A DNA stretch of 64,000 nucleotides, from assembly GCA_030295235.1 (NCBI GenBank), contig AP026164.1, forward strand, positions 1,178,001 through 1,242,000, read 5' to 3'. Both the position numbers and the translations under genes were made by a program. The notes below the pieces were generated by a model. The model ran no database searches. It was not told the origin of the DNA and was given only the letters and a program-made list of their open reading frames with translations. Origin of the DNA: Fistulifera solaris (lineage: Eukaryota). Below are positions 12,088 through 25,541 of the stretch, piece after piece (positions within the stretch are counted from its first letter, which is position 1; each line of letters begins with the position of its first letter).

Positions 12088-12563
12088 TATCGCTTCCTGC
12101 TGTCACACTTAATGAGTGACGATACTCTAGGATCTTGAGTTGATGTTACTGTTTACTTTTTCAAAAGAACTTATGCCAGGAATAGCTGTCTTCTTTAATC
12201 TGAAGTCTCGTCGGCATGGATTTTCTTTCGTAGAAAATGTGGCTGTCCGATCAGTTACTACACCAACGGAAGGGTGGACGGGCTGTTGATGTTTTATTGA
12301 ATGTATGAAATAACGAAGCGACACTCTATCTCGTCAACTCTGCTTTGGACGAACCACAGACGAAAGATCCGCCATCGGATCGGAAAATTGTACAAGTACT
12401 TGTATAGTACCGGTACCGGTACCTGGTATGCCGAGTTTTCGTTATTAACAGCAGCCAACGCTGCGGCCCTTCTCATTGTACCTTTTACACATTATCCTCA
12501 CAAAGTTTGTAACGTGCTTCTTAATCTGTGATTTTCCCTTTAACATTACGAAAGGATTGCACG

Positions 12564-14191
12564 ATGAAGTTGCTTTTTCTATCTGCTACTTTGTCGCTCA
12601 TCTTCGCGACTTCAAATGCATCGTCCTTTCAATCTGCACCTCAAGCTCTTCTCGTCCGTGGAGGAGCTCAGCCCAAGGCCAAAAAAAGATTCGTGCGCCC
12701 GCCTGCACCCTTTCGTCCTCCTGCTAAGGCGAATAAGCCTGTTGAGAAAGTAGTTGCTGGTACAGGAACTGCCACGATTCCCCAAGAAGTGTTTAATCTA
12801 GTCAAAGGAATCGTAGGTGTCGGAGTGCTGAGTCTCCCAGCCGGTATCGCTGTGTTCGCCGATAGCCCAGCCGGCCTCGGTCCTGCTCTCTTCCTGATTG
12901 CAGCGATGGGAATCCTGTCAGCTGTGGGTTTTGCTACTATTGGACGCGTCTGTGCTTACACCGGTGCCACGTCTTATCGCCAAGCTTGGAGTCTATCGGT
13001 TGGGCCAAGGACCTCTTGGATTCCCAGTTGGAGTGCTACTCTCAAGACAAGTATGGCGTGTCTCGCTTACTCCATGGTCTTGGCTGATACCTTCTGCTCG
13101 CTGCTTGGGAGCACACAACGTACGACGGTTTTGTTGGGACTGACGGTCGCCATTTTGTTGCCCTTGTGTTGGTTGAAAGACTTGGCTTCTTTGTCACCCT
13201 TTAGTTTGGTATGTACAACACTGCGCGAACGCCCATTTTTCAAAAGTATCTCACGTCCGCTTCTTTTCTCTTCTAGTTGGGGGTGTGCGGTATGGCTTAT
13301 ACAGGTCTGGCCATGACAATTCGCTACCTTGACGGCTCCTATTCCAACCCGGGCAGTTCTCTCCTCGCGGCCGTTTCCGACAATTTGAAACCCAAGTTTG
13401 GTAGTAGCGACTGGACGAGTATTTTTCAACCAAACAGCTTGATCCTTGTATGTATGTTGAGTACTGCGTACATGGCACACTTTAATGCTCCCAAGGTATG
13501 TTGTTGTCTCGAAATATGTAATGTTGCTTCTGTTTCTCATGGGGTGAACGTCAATAACAGTTTTACAACGAGCTCAAGAACAACACGCTTGCACGTTATC
13601 ACCAAGTGGTAGGAACTAGCTTTGGTATCAGTATCTTACTTATGGGTGCCATAACTACAGTTGGGTTCCTTACATTTGGATCTGCTTGCTCAGGACTTGT
13701 CCTCAACAACTACGCGTCGAAGGATGTGCTCATTCAGGCCAGTCGAGTGGCAGTTGCTATCGCCTTGGTCTTTTCGTTTCCGTTGGCGTTCCAGGGATTC
13801 CGTGACGGAGCATTAGATTTGTTGCAAGTTCCTGTTGAGAAGCGCTCGAATCCTCTTTTGAACACCGTGACCATCGTCCTATTGGGAGCCATCACGGCTG
13901 CGGCTGCAACTTTGAAGGATGTCAGCTTTGTCCTTGCATTTGGAGGAGGTATGTGCCAGTGCTTTTGATACTGCTTTCTCAATCAAAAAAAATTCATTTA
14001 ACCTTTTCACTCTTTCCGCAGCAACGCTTGGAAATGCTTTGACTTATGTATACCCTGCGATCATGTATGCATCAGTTGTTCGCAAACAAAATCGCAAAGG
14101 AGAAACAGCGAATGTTTTGTTCAACAATATGTCGGCAGTTCTTGGCCTTGTTATGGGTGCCATTGGCGCTAAAATGGCGTTAGATAAGTAA
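12564..14191 (+). CDS. AAAP/SLC38-family amino-acid transporter, probably plastid-targeted (4 exons)
   Basis: FNLVKGIVGVGVLSLP and TAYMAHFNAPKFYNEL motifs. Introns 13209-13276, 13496-13560 and 13949-14021 restore the frame. N-terminal signal peptide followed by ASSFQ. Confidence 0.88.
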
Positions 14192-14361
14192 TTCATTCGG
14201 TTAAATGCAAAATGATCATCAGACGGAGGAGATTCCGATTTTCCCAAGTTGTCTGTCTGAACAAGGAAACATTACAAATTTGAAAGACGCTAGATAGAAA
14301 AAAGGCACAGACTTGAAAGTGAAATCCCGAATTAGACTTTACAGCTCTAGCATTGGACTCT

Positions 14362-15831
14362 CTAAAGGTAGTTCTGAACTGCTTTGATGGCCCCCACTGT
14401 ACCCATAGCAACACCTAGAAGAGCAGATCCCATTGCAAATTTCGTTTCGCGTTTCTGCATCTTAGTTGGGCTAGATAGTTTGTTTACAGCTCCTCGGAAC
14501 ATTATGGCGGGATAGATATAGATCAGAGCATTCCCCAGAGTTGCACTAATGTCATCGAACACGCGAAGTCAGGGAGCTCGATTCGAACAATATCAGGTGA
14601 TCAAATACGGAACTTACCCAGCAAACGCCATGACAAAACTGACATCTGGGATGATAATAGCCAGCCCAGTGATACCAGACAATAGACCCACAGTCAATAG
14701 ATTCAGAAACTTGTTAGATGCGTTGTTGACCTTCAAAAGATCAAGTACCCCATCACGCGCACCCGTGAATGCCAGTGGGTAAGAAAAGACCAAAGAAAGA
14801 GCGACAGCGAAGCGCGAAATCGACATGAGTCCATCGCGACTAGAATAATTGTTCAGAATCAGTCCTGCAGAGTTCCCGCCAAACGTAAGGAACCCGATTC
14901 CAGCCATACTGGCAAAAAGGCCAATGCTAATGGCGAAGCTAGTGGCCACAACTTTGACATAACGGGGAATCGTGTTGTCTTTCAATTCAGTATAAAACTT
15001 GGGAGCATTGAAATGCGCCATGTAAGCTGTACTGAGCATACCTAGCAGAATGGTTGACGCCGGATTGAAAACGCTACTTTGTGTCCCGAATGCTGGCTGA
15101 AGGTTAACTGGCAGATCCTTGGCGAACTTTCCACCGACGGCATAAGCCTTACTAAAGTACCGTATGGCCATGGCAATGGCTGTATACACCATACCGAGAC
15201 TTCCCAACAGTGAGAAAGGGGCCAATGCGTTCAAATTCTTGAGTAAGCACAGTGGCAGCAGTAAAGTGCTCGTCACTCCTACCAAGGCCATCGATTTGGA
15301 TACGGCGAAACCGGCTGTGGCGAGCAGAGACGCAAATGTATCTCCAAGAATCATACTGTACGCGAGCACAGCAAACATAGTTTTCAATGTGACGGACCAT
15401 GCAGGAATCCATGATGACTTCTCACTCACAGCGGCACTCCAAGCTTGTCGAAAAGTCTTTGTTCCTGTCAAAGCGCACGATCTGCCTATCAAAGCAAAGC
15501 CGTAAGCTGACAAAGAACCGATGGCAGCGATCAAGAATACTGCGGGTGCAACTGCTCCTGGGGCGTTTCCGTACTTCGCAATCCCTGCCGGGAGACTCAA
15601 AACTCCGGCACCGACAATACCCTTGACAAGATTGAAGATCAGTTGTGATACGGTCGCTGTACCTCCTGATGACAGCACCCCCGTGACTTCTTTCGTTTCA
15701 AAAAGCGCCGTTGCCTGGAAGCTCGGTCGCACAGAAAAAGTCGGCTGTCGAATAACAGCAGCTGGCTGAAAGGCGTGAGAAAAGCACAATAAGAGGCTGG
15801 TGATGGCCAAGCAAGCGGCACGGCATGTCAT
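14362..15831 (-). CDS. AAAP/SLC38-family amino-acid transporter paralog, probably plastid-targeted (2 exons)
   Basis: FNLVKGIVGAGVLSLP and TAYMAHFNAPKFYTEL motifs. Intron 14546-14617. Signal peptide ending SHA-FQP. Confidence 0.9.
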
Positions 15832-16472
15832 GATCGGCGTCTGAGGAAAAAGTTTTCGTTGTGCGTCAATATGTGTGTCTGCGATAATGACAAGGCGCGA
15901 CACCGTGGTTACCTCGCTTCAAAAGCAAAGAGATGAAGTTTTGTTGATAAGACGATAGGGGAGGTGTGATGCTTGATTAACATCAGCGATCGCAAAAGCA
16001 AGGCAAAAGGATTGGCATTCTCAAGTATCGATTTTTTACAAGAACTTTATTGGTATAGGAGAAACTGAGAGCACAGCACACCCAATCGAATGCCAAAATA
16101 ACATTGGGTTGACACAAGGACCGTTGGTGGAGACTTAACTTTCGATGCAGTAAGGTTCAGGAATAGGCAAGGGACTCAGTAACCCAAGAACCAAATGACT
16201 GGCAGGCGCGCTACTGTCAGTAATAAATTTAGGAGTCTACTACACAAAAACCTATTCTTTCAGATTCGATATGGTCGAGATAAAAGACTTGGGAATTGTA
16301 GCGAGAAACATACGACTCAAAACAGTCCTGCGTCCTGCATGCTTTGCCAAAAAACGCGACAGCTTTTATGGGCACATAGTCTCCGGGCGTTATCTTATTA
16401 CGACGACAAAAACAAGTATTCAAATTGTCTTTCTCTTGGATTTACTCTTCAGCACTATTATCAACAAAAGAC

Positions 16473-17229
16473 ATGAGTTCAACACAGCACGGAGGAACTT
16501 TTCAACCTTTGCAGCATCGCAGCGGAACGCTTCGAGATCGTTTGCACTCGTATACGAAAAGGACTTTGGGAGCAGGCGGTAGTCTCAACGAAGCAGTAAG
16601 TCCTTTCAATGATCAATCCTCTTTCATAACAAATCTCCATCGCTTACCTTGCCTTCGTCACGTAGGTGGCTCTACCAGCCGGTGAATCCTGCGCCGCGTG
16701 GGTCGCCGTTCATGCAATCGACTTTTACAACGATGTCAGCACAATCTGGGCCGTCATGTCGACGGATCCGTACCTATCTTCTTTTCGTCCAGGGGAGGGA
16801 TTTCCATCTGGAGTCGAATATCGATGGAGTGATAGTGACAATAACAAGGAAGCAGTTTCGGTCTCGGCTCCTGTATATGTGGACAAAGTCCTCGGATGGA
16901 TTGCTGATCAAATGAATGACGAGCGCAAGTTTCCCGATGATGACGACGAAGAACGAGCACTCCGTGTATTTCAAACTCCGCAATTTGCTGCTCTGTGTGG
17001 GCAGATTTTTCGGCGATTATTTCGGGTTTATGCGATCATATATTCGTCATTCTTTGGGACGTTGGAAGCACTTGATATGGCTCCGCATTTGAATTCGTGC
17101 TTCAAGCACTTTATGTATTTTTGCACAGAGTTCGGGCTGTTACCAGAGCGTGAAATTGAACCGATGGAAGTTCTCGTCAAACCAATTCGAAAACAGTACC
17201 ATCAGGGTAGAAACCCCAGTAATCGCTAA
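16473..17229 (+). CDS. MOB1: MOB kinase activator family protein (2 exons)
   Basis: TLG.G.SL.EAVALPAGE...WVAVHAIDFYN, EYRW.D, SAPVYVD, IFRRLFRVYA, HLNSCFKHF. Intron 16596-16665. Confidence 0.9.
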
Positions 17230-17798
17230 CTCGGCATCCTCGAGGTACGGTATTTTTCAAAACAAATTGTTTTGGCCTAGAGCGCATTTGCTTCGACCTC
17301 TTCTCGTTCATACTATACACTTTAGTGATCGCGGATACTTTTATTTGTCATTGCATTCTCTAGTCTAATGGTAATTGTTCATTAGAGACAACGATGGCTA
17401 TGATAGGCCCCATATTTTAGTAAAACCTTCTGATCGACTAATAAGATAAGAAACGAAAACGAATCGCTACCATAATAGCTTCTCTCGTCACAAAATTATA
17501 CGAAGCCTTCGCAAGGGAACTTGGTTTTCGATTCATTACTCATTACACTCTTCCTCTGTCATTTCTCTTCATGTGCGGGGCGTCGCACCTTTTCCTAAAA
17601 GCAGCCCTTGGACCAACTAGAGATGCCTAATCTTCAGCTAGAAATGCTTGTGTGGTCGAATGAAAGCGTAATTCGTGGTATTATGATAATGAGAATGAAG
17701 TATCTAGTTTTCTACGAAACAAACTCCTTTTGCCCCTACCGGGTATGCAGTATCATTCATGAATAAAAAGGCACAATTAGAATGATTTCTTACATGCA

Positions 17799-20592
17799 TC
17801 ATAGCTCGTTCTTACTCTCATCGCGGATTTTCTCGGCCTTTGCTTGCTTTTCCAAGACTTCAGAATCAGCATCGGGGTGATAGTCAAAGTCTTTGGCAGT
17901 GTGGCCTTCTTTGTCCTTGATACTAGCATCAGCACCGCTTTTAAGTAAGAGGTCTACCAGCGCAAGGTGATCATTTAGTGCCTGTTTGATGATAGGACCA
18001 GTACCGCTATCATCGGCTTCGGCTTTGTTTTCTGAATCTCGAACGAATTGATTGTATCTTTCCCATAACGTTTCGACCTGGTTTTTTCCATTATAGGCAA
18101 ACATAAGCGCGGTGTGTCCATCTTTATTTTGCTCATTGATAGATGCGCCAGCCTTTAACAGTTCTTGAACTACTTTGAAATGCCCTCTTGCTGAAGCGGC
18201 CATAAGTGTCGTCGTTTCGTCAGAGTCTTTCATGTTCACATTCGCGCCGCCACTAATAAGAGCAGCGACAACTTCAGCGTGGCCCTCTGATGAGGCAGCT
18301 AACAAAGGAGTTACACCTTCTTCGCTTGCTTCGTCAATGAAACCCTCTTTTCCGCCATTCTTTTCGAGAAGCATCTTAACCACATCAGTAAAGCCTCTGT
18401 GACTAGCCTGTAATAATGTGGTCACTTTCTTGTCGTCTTTATGGTAGATATTGGCTCCTTTTTCAATGAGCAGCTTTGAGAACTCCTCATTTTCAACCAT
18501 AATAGCATCAAACAAAAGATCATGAGACACACCACTGTCGTCCACAAACGGTATGTTCGGATCTGCGCCCGCCTTGACCAAAGCTGTTGCCACCTCACCA
18601 TAGTTCCCTTTGATGGCAAGTGACAACGGGGTTCTCAATTGATCATCTTTTACAAGAACCACTTCGGGACTGTGTTCGAGAAGAAGTTCGACTGTTGCGA
18701 GATGACCGCCTTGCGCAGCTGTGTCACGTAAGATTGGGTAAGAAAATAGAACATGCTTTCAAAGTACGCTTTCCCGATTCTAGAACGTACCAACGTGCAA
18801 GGCTGTGACTCCGTCTACATGTGGATCCTCGTTCGTCATTTTTCCTTCGGCGATCATTTGCGATAATTTCACTAAATATTCAGGAGTAGCACGGGCGATT
18901 GCTTTAACGTCAGCTCCAAGGGCAATAAGCTCCTTAGCGCACTCTGTATGCCCACCAGCTGCTGCGAACATTACTGATGACCCGCCAGAGTACGAAAATT
19001 TATTGATGTGTTCTGTGAGTTGAGCTGGTGTCATAGTCTTCTGCAATGTTTTAATTACATATTTTTGTCCCTCGATGCTTCCCTGTGATGCGATTGCCAT
19101 CAAAGGTGTCACGCCATCGTCGTCGCTAAAGTCTACGGATGCTCCTTTCTCGATCAACAATTTCATCGCTTCCACAGCACCTCCCGTGGCCGCTTCTAGC
19201 AAGGCCGTACCACCGTTCGTATGCTTGGCGTCAACGACAGCGTTCCCTTTCTCTAACAAGACTTTCATGGCCTCGACATGATTGGACGCGGCAGCGTACA
19301 TCAAGGCGGTTACCTTATTCTCGGAAGCACCATCAACTTCGGCCCCTGCCTCCAACAGATACTCAATCGCCGCCGTGTGGCCATGGGCGGCAGCAATGAT
19401 TAATGCGTTGAAACCAGTGGCCGATACAGCATTCAAATAGGATGGATCCTTTGTGTTCTCTGTCAGTGCTTTAATAACCGCTACAGACCCATGCTCGGCT
19501 GCGTTCATCAATGGTGTCAAACCATCTTTGTCGGCTGTTGTGGGGTCAGCACCGTGTTCAAGAAGTAAGTTGATTGCCCCTTCATGACCGCCGACACTAG
19601 CGCTCATCAACGCAGTGAGTCCATCCGCGCGAGTATTACTAGCATCTGCTCCTTTATCGAGAAGAATCTTCATGACTTCGGTTTGACCTTCACTGGCCGC
19701 AAGCCACAAGGCAGTAACTTCTGAATTCGCGGCTGCGTTCACATCAGCGCCCTTTTGAGCAACATCTCCACAATTTTCTTTTGCCCCATAATGCTAGCTT
19801 CCATCAGAGCCGTAATACCATCCTTGTCTGAAGCGTTCACATCGATACCCTCTTTCAAAAGAAACTCGCAAATATCAACGTGACCGGCAGATGCTGCTGG
19901 AATCAAAGCGGTTAAATCATCCCAGTCGCGAACATTAATATCAACCCCTTCGGCTAAGATAGACTGAATCGTCTTTTTGTCTCCGTCAGCGGCTGCTCCA
20001 ATCAATCGTGCCCCCGGCGAGCTCATCGTTTTGATATCTGCCGCCGAAGCAAATTGCAATTGAAGTGGTGTGTAGGGAACTTCCTCCGAGTCGCAAGGTG
20101 CTGTGATAACCTTGGTGGATCCCTTTTCGCGTACTAAACACGTTTTCTCGTCGAAGGTCAACACATAACCGGTGTCAGCGTCGCCGAGAATGTTCCAACT
20201 TTTCGCCCCGCAGTGAGAGCACTTGGTCAATTTGACAGGCCCGATCTTAGTAGAATCTGCTTTGCAATCTTTTTTGGATAGACACGTTCCATCGTCCTCT
20301 TCATTGATGGTTCCGTCGGAGGGGCGCTTGTGTATCTGATACTTTCCTGTCGTCGAAACAAAAAGAAATTAAGCGAAGAGTCCAATACGTCGATAAGAGT
20401 GCATGCAACGTTGGTCTTACCTGGCGAGCCAACGACATAAAATAGCGTGTCAATGGAGCAACGCTTGAATTCCTCTCCAGCCAAACATAAGGAATCGCTG
20501 GGATCTTGTAGAAAGAAAGGAGGAGGGCTGCTTTTGGTTTCTTCGGCAGCCAAAACTGTCGCAAACCAACAAGATAGAAAGAAAAATCTCAT
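17799..20592 (-). CDS. Secretory-pathway ankyrin-repeat protein with Cys-containing N-terminal domain and C-terminal KNEL
   Basis: Signal peptide MRFFFLSCWFATVLA and more than 15 G.TAL..A...GH...V..LL..GAD repeats. Introns 20347-20420 and 18719-18790; one frameshift near 19755. Ends KIRDESKNEL*. Confidence 0.85.
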
Positions 20593-21299
20593 TTCTAATC
20601 AAAAAGAGCGGCACATTGTGAGTGCAAGATAAAGATCTGTTGATGATAACAAAAATGAACCTCCGAGTCGACCCACAAAGCAATTTGCCTACGAAAATCA
20701 TTGGAAAATCGTTGACAGAGTGACGATCCTTTACGCACCTTTGTTTCGTTTCGAAAAATAGTAACAAATCGGGTAAAGGATACTTTGTAGTAAAGAGTGA
20801 CTTACAAATCGCTTTTATAACCGAACTATAAGATCAAGTTTGTGACAAGAGCCAACGCTTCGGTTACCACTCCTTTACAAGCTTTCGCATCAAATGGCAA
20901 TTAAATGCATGGACGTCAAAAGAGAACCCTTGCGAGCCACAACGGATCCTTTCTGAATACGGAGTACTTGGTACTTGGTAATTCCTCGCAGCCTGCGTCA
21001 CGGCAAAACACATGGTACAAGGTACCTGGTACTGGTTTTGGTAGTTCCACCTGGCGGTACCGGTACCATGTTGTGGTCAAAGATTTTGTCGTACCATTCA
21101 TGCTTTGTTTTTCGTATAGCTTTTCGATACTGGATAGACAAGTAAACTTCTGACATTTCTCTTTCTCTCTAGCTCGTAACGTTGTTCAAGCCTAATCATA
21201 CAAGGGACTTATAAGAGGTATATCGAAGAACTATGATGAACCTAGCTAGCTGTTGCAAGAATCCTTCGGCGGGGATTTGAGGATTTCTATTCGATGCTG

Positions 21300-21780
21300 T
21301 TACTTGACGTTTCTCATTGTCTCCTCTAAAGACGAATTCCCTTGACAAGCAAAGCCGTAACATTCCCCATTGATCCGACTGAAACTAGATTTTCGTTGAA
21401 TCCCCTCACGCTCATAGTAAGCATTTTCGCGTGTCCGATCTTCGCGAGCGAGCTGTGGGAAAAAATTTTATCTATCAAATCATTCAAGATATGGTCAAGG
21501 GCTCCGGCCTTCTTGATATCTTTCCCCAAGTGTGTTTGACAAGTCGAGCAGTTGTAATTACCGAAATTGAAAGCTATACCCAGGCACCCACGACAAAACG
21601 TCTCATGGCAATTGACAAGTTAATTGTGATTGGATCCAGTCTAATGAGAACTCCGATGTATTTGTTGTGGCATGATAAACAGGTGGAAAAAGGAACAGGC
21701 AATTTTTCGTCCGGAGTTTGTGGGTTACATTTCTTATCGCTTTCATCCCCGGAGGCTAGATTGTCGACACCCTTCTTCGA
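21300..21780 (-). pseudogene. Broken PCGF/BMI1-like RING-finger gene
   Basis: Manual translation across frames gives EFSLDWIQSQLTCQL / CHETFCRGCL-x8-NCSTCQTHLG-x8-DHILNDLIDKIF / PQLAREDRTRENAYYEREG. No clear start codon; at least two frame breaks. Confidence 0.55.
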
Positions 21781-22455
21781 TTATGAAAATAATGGATGAT
21801 GCCTTTGTTCGTAGTTACTCCTACAGGGTTTTGTAAAACAATCGTCAACCAAAAGAAAACAACAGAAAATACAAAACAGAAAACGGACGTCTGCGGGTCA
21901 TGACTCATGACTGAAACCAGTCGTAGGAAAATACGGACAAAACTTTGATTTGAGACGATTGTGAGTACAAGTAAAGCTATCAGTAATCAATCGAGGGGTG
22001 CATGGTTTATCGCCTCTATCGAGGGATGCATTGCAAATTCTGCCAAGGATAAATTATCGATTATGGATTGCCAAGATCTAAACGGCTCTTCAGTAAAACA
22101 TATTAAGAAGGGAAAAATCATGATTCATGACTGAACTTAAGTAATTCAGTCGTGACGAAAGGTTGCCTACACCTGGGCCTATACTACATCAAATCAATAG
22201 TCAATAAACCTTACGGAAATAAAATGAGTCGCAATAATTTGCAAAACAAATGATGCTGATGGTAATTCATTGCAACAACAAAAACTACTTAGTTATGTCG
22301 GTAACTGTCTGATTCGAGTAATGAATGATGATTCATTCATCGGGGTAGGACGTAAGCTTAACAAAATCTAGCCATCGTTTTAATCGAGGTACATAATAGA
22401 CTAAGGGATGGTTACAATCTGAGGCAAGTGAAGCAAAAGTCAAACGCTATTGTCA

Positions 22456-23650
22456 CTATCTAATACCTTGATTTTTATTACCATTGTATAAGTGGTAATT
22501 GGTGAAGTTGAGCACTGGATTCAAATAGTCTTCTGCGTAGTACATTTCAATAGCTTCTTCTAGCTCTGCTGAAGAGATCTTTTCTTTGAGTTTATCATGA
22601 GCATTTGTAGCATGGTGGCGACCAACTCCTCCAGCTTTTGTCTGGAAGATGGAGTTGTTGCCGCCTTTTCCCCAGCCGGATGCCCCATATCTTTGCCAAG
22701 CCCCAATTTGTCGTAAAAGACGCTTTGCGTCGTCTGCTAGGTTTTCCATACGCCCAACAAAATTGATGTGAGACCAATATTTATCGTCTATCCTTTTCGC
22801 CTGGGGACTTTGCGAGAAAGTATACAATATGTTAGGCGAAAGATAGTGCGAATGACGAGATGTCAACATGGTCAACGAACCTCCAATGCGAATTATCGCA
22901 TTTCATGGCAACACGTAAGAAGCTTTCCAGCGATCTACTGGCATCTCGGATGCAGTCTTCACTTTACCACAACACTTTTCGCGCATGTAGTTGGGATTGC
23001 CCACGCCCTTGTCGAGATACGCCGACACAAGTCTTTTCTTTTGGATCGCGCACAAAGATAGCCCTTGTCCACTCGGGTGAAGTCATGATCTCGTTTGCCT
23101 TTTCAAGCGGAAAGTCGTATAGGTATTTCAGTCCATTTGTCTGGGGGTTCCAAGGTAGCATGTTAACATACTCTTCCGTTGCCCAGTTGGAGTAGCCCAT
23201 TATTCTACGAAATAACTGTTTCCAGGTTGTGCAGCCGACCTTTGGTATAGTGAAGAAGGCGAGCTTATAACGTTCGATGATAATGGGTGCTGCGTCCCAG
23301 TCATCATTCTCGTAAATCCAGTCACCATATTCTACCAGGCTCTTGAGCGGTTCCGGCGGGTTTACGATTTCATCATTAGGTATGCTCGAGCCCGATGTAC
23401 TTTGCAGGTTTTCGTCGAGATGAATATTTTGAATCACCTCAATGTAATCCTGCGGACGCTCATCAGTTTCCAGTGAGTCGACTGATAGCAGAAGCCCTTG
23501 GTAATTGGAGTAAACAGACACGACGACAATTGTCAAAAGCACGATGATTGCAACAAGAAAAGACTTCCACAAAGATGAACGAGAGCTTCGCGGCGAAGCT
23601 GGTGGTGAAAGCGACATGAAGGGAATTATGTTTGGACTTGAAAGATGCAC
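22456..23650 (-). CDS. Golgi type-II carbohydrate sulfotransferase (Sulfotransfer_2/CHST-like)
   Basis: N-terminal TM, TIPKVGCTTWKQLF (5'-PSB), FVRDPKERLVSAYLDK (3'-PB, after indel correction), HW.PQ, FVGRMENL, YAEDY. Intron 22808-22880; frameshifts near 23035 and 22962. Confidence 0.85.
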
Positions 23651-24402
23651 GTGTCGAACGCAATATCATTCAAAGCGGGGTACTTTATTAGTAATTGATG
23701 ACAAATCTTATGTTGTATTTTGCCGCTCGCATTTGTAAAAAACGTTTGTTCATGCTCATTCTTTTCAAATCTGTGACAAAACTTGTTCCGGATAACGGTA
23801 CGAATATCTATTACGAGTTCGGGCTTCCATGTCAGTAAATGCAATCCATCTTTACCGGTCACTTAAAACGGACACATGAACACTTTAAACATCAGAGAGC
23901 GACTGCGACACGTTGGGTTTTCAGTTTGACACTAAAAATTTCTGTACCCAAATTAACTCTAGACTTGCACTACCGAAAACCATACTACGGTAGATGACAG
24001 ATGACACAAGACACAACAACATGGGATTCCTATTCGGGATTTATTGAGTCATGACTGCCATAGCTAGATTACCAGGTACGGTACCGGTACATACTATGTA
24101 GTCACACCCGTTTTCACCTTATGAGTAGATCAGTGAAGATTGAAGCTATGGTCATGGTCTCTACTAGATAATCTCATAGGAGTAACACGGTTGCTCTAGA
24201 TGAAACATTGAAAGTTACTGCGGAATTTGCCATTAACAATAACACTTCCTGCAACAATTGTAAGCTGGCCGGTCTTTTCTTTCCAATAAAAAGAAAGTAT
24301 TGCTCTCTTAGAAATAATTTTTATGAACCATTTAAATGCGCGAATGTGGTTCAGTTTGATCGCTTCATCTCGCATTCGCCTACTACTAAGTAACAACGCA
24401 AT

Positions 24403-25541
24403 TTATCGAAGCTCTCCTTTTCTGCGCCACCATCGCTGCAAAATAATAGCCGCGGTATACTCTCGAAATCTCTGATTCAAAAAGTCGGTTCGATCACGCC
24501 ATTTGTTGTTCGAGGATTGCAGTAAGAGCGCTGTAGCCCCAACCGCTAAAATACCGACAACAGGAATCCAAGGAGCAGCGGCTAGAAGCGACACTTGAGT
24601 AGTTAACCCTGCCACGCCGAGTAAACCTTCGGCTGGGATTGTAAGAGGCAAAGCTGCAGCTATACCAGTGGCGGCCAAAGCCACGCCAGCTTTCTTCACT
24701 GCAGCGTCCAGTAAGACTGACGCCACTTGTGTGGTAGCCCAAACACCTGTTTTGCACCATACAGCTACACACTCGCAGTTGGCTTCCAACAACTCGTAGT
24801 CGGGTAGAACATGAGGATTCCTCACGAGAAAATCAACACGCGCGAGAACGACACGGCGGCAATCACAAAATGCAGAGGTACGAGTTCCGGGGGTGAAGCT
24901 TGACAAAGATCGGTGGGAGCCCCATACTCCACGACGTGCCATTCTTCCGAGTCGAATTCTGATACTCGAAGGCCTCTGATTTCGACTGCGTCGTGTTCTT
25001 TCGGTAGTGAGAGCTGAGACAGTGACGAGCTAGTGAGAGATGTTGGCAATGCGATCGTATTGGAATTGTTTGTGAAGTCGGCGATTTTGAGAATAATCCC
25101 GTCCTGCGGTGCCTTCCGAATATCGAGTAGAATTCCATGGTGCTGATAGTCGAGGACCCCGGCTTTGCAATGCATATAGATATGATCTCCTGGAACAAAA
25201 GTTTTTGCTTTCCTTCTTAATTGCCCATTTACTTTAGAAACGATTCTCCAGTTCACCATTTCGTCTTTTTCTTTGTTCATTTCTGTTAACAAGGAAGACG
25301 ACGAGGCTTCAGGGCAATTGTGGCGGCGGGTTGATGGATCGACCGTTCCCTCAATACTTGCGAGACCATCTTTGTGTGTATTGGCGTGATTCGATTGTTG
25401 AAGTATCTCCCATGGATCAAAAGATGCAACGTTGGCCGGGCTCTCTCGATGACTGACTAGTGTGATCGCATCCATCGTCGCGTCACTTTTTTCGTCAGGC
25501 AAATCCTCCCAGCATTCGGGGTCATCATCGTCGCAAGTCAT
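24403..25541 (-). CDS. LRAT/NC-domain protein (permuted NlpC/P60 acyltransferase/phospholipase-like)
   Basis: PGDHIY and YQHHGI H-box, Y.LLEANCECVAVWCKTG NC motif, C-terminal hydrophobic segments. One frameshift near 24920. Confidence 0.8.
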
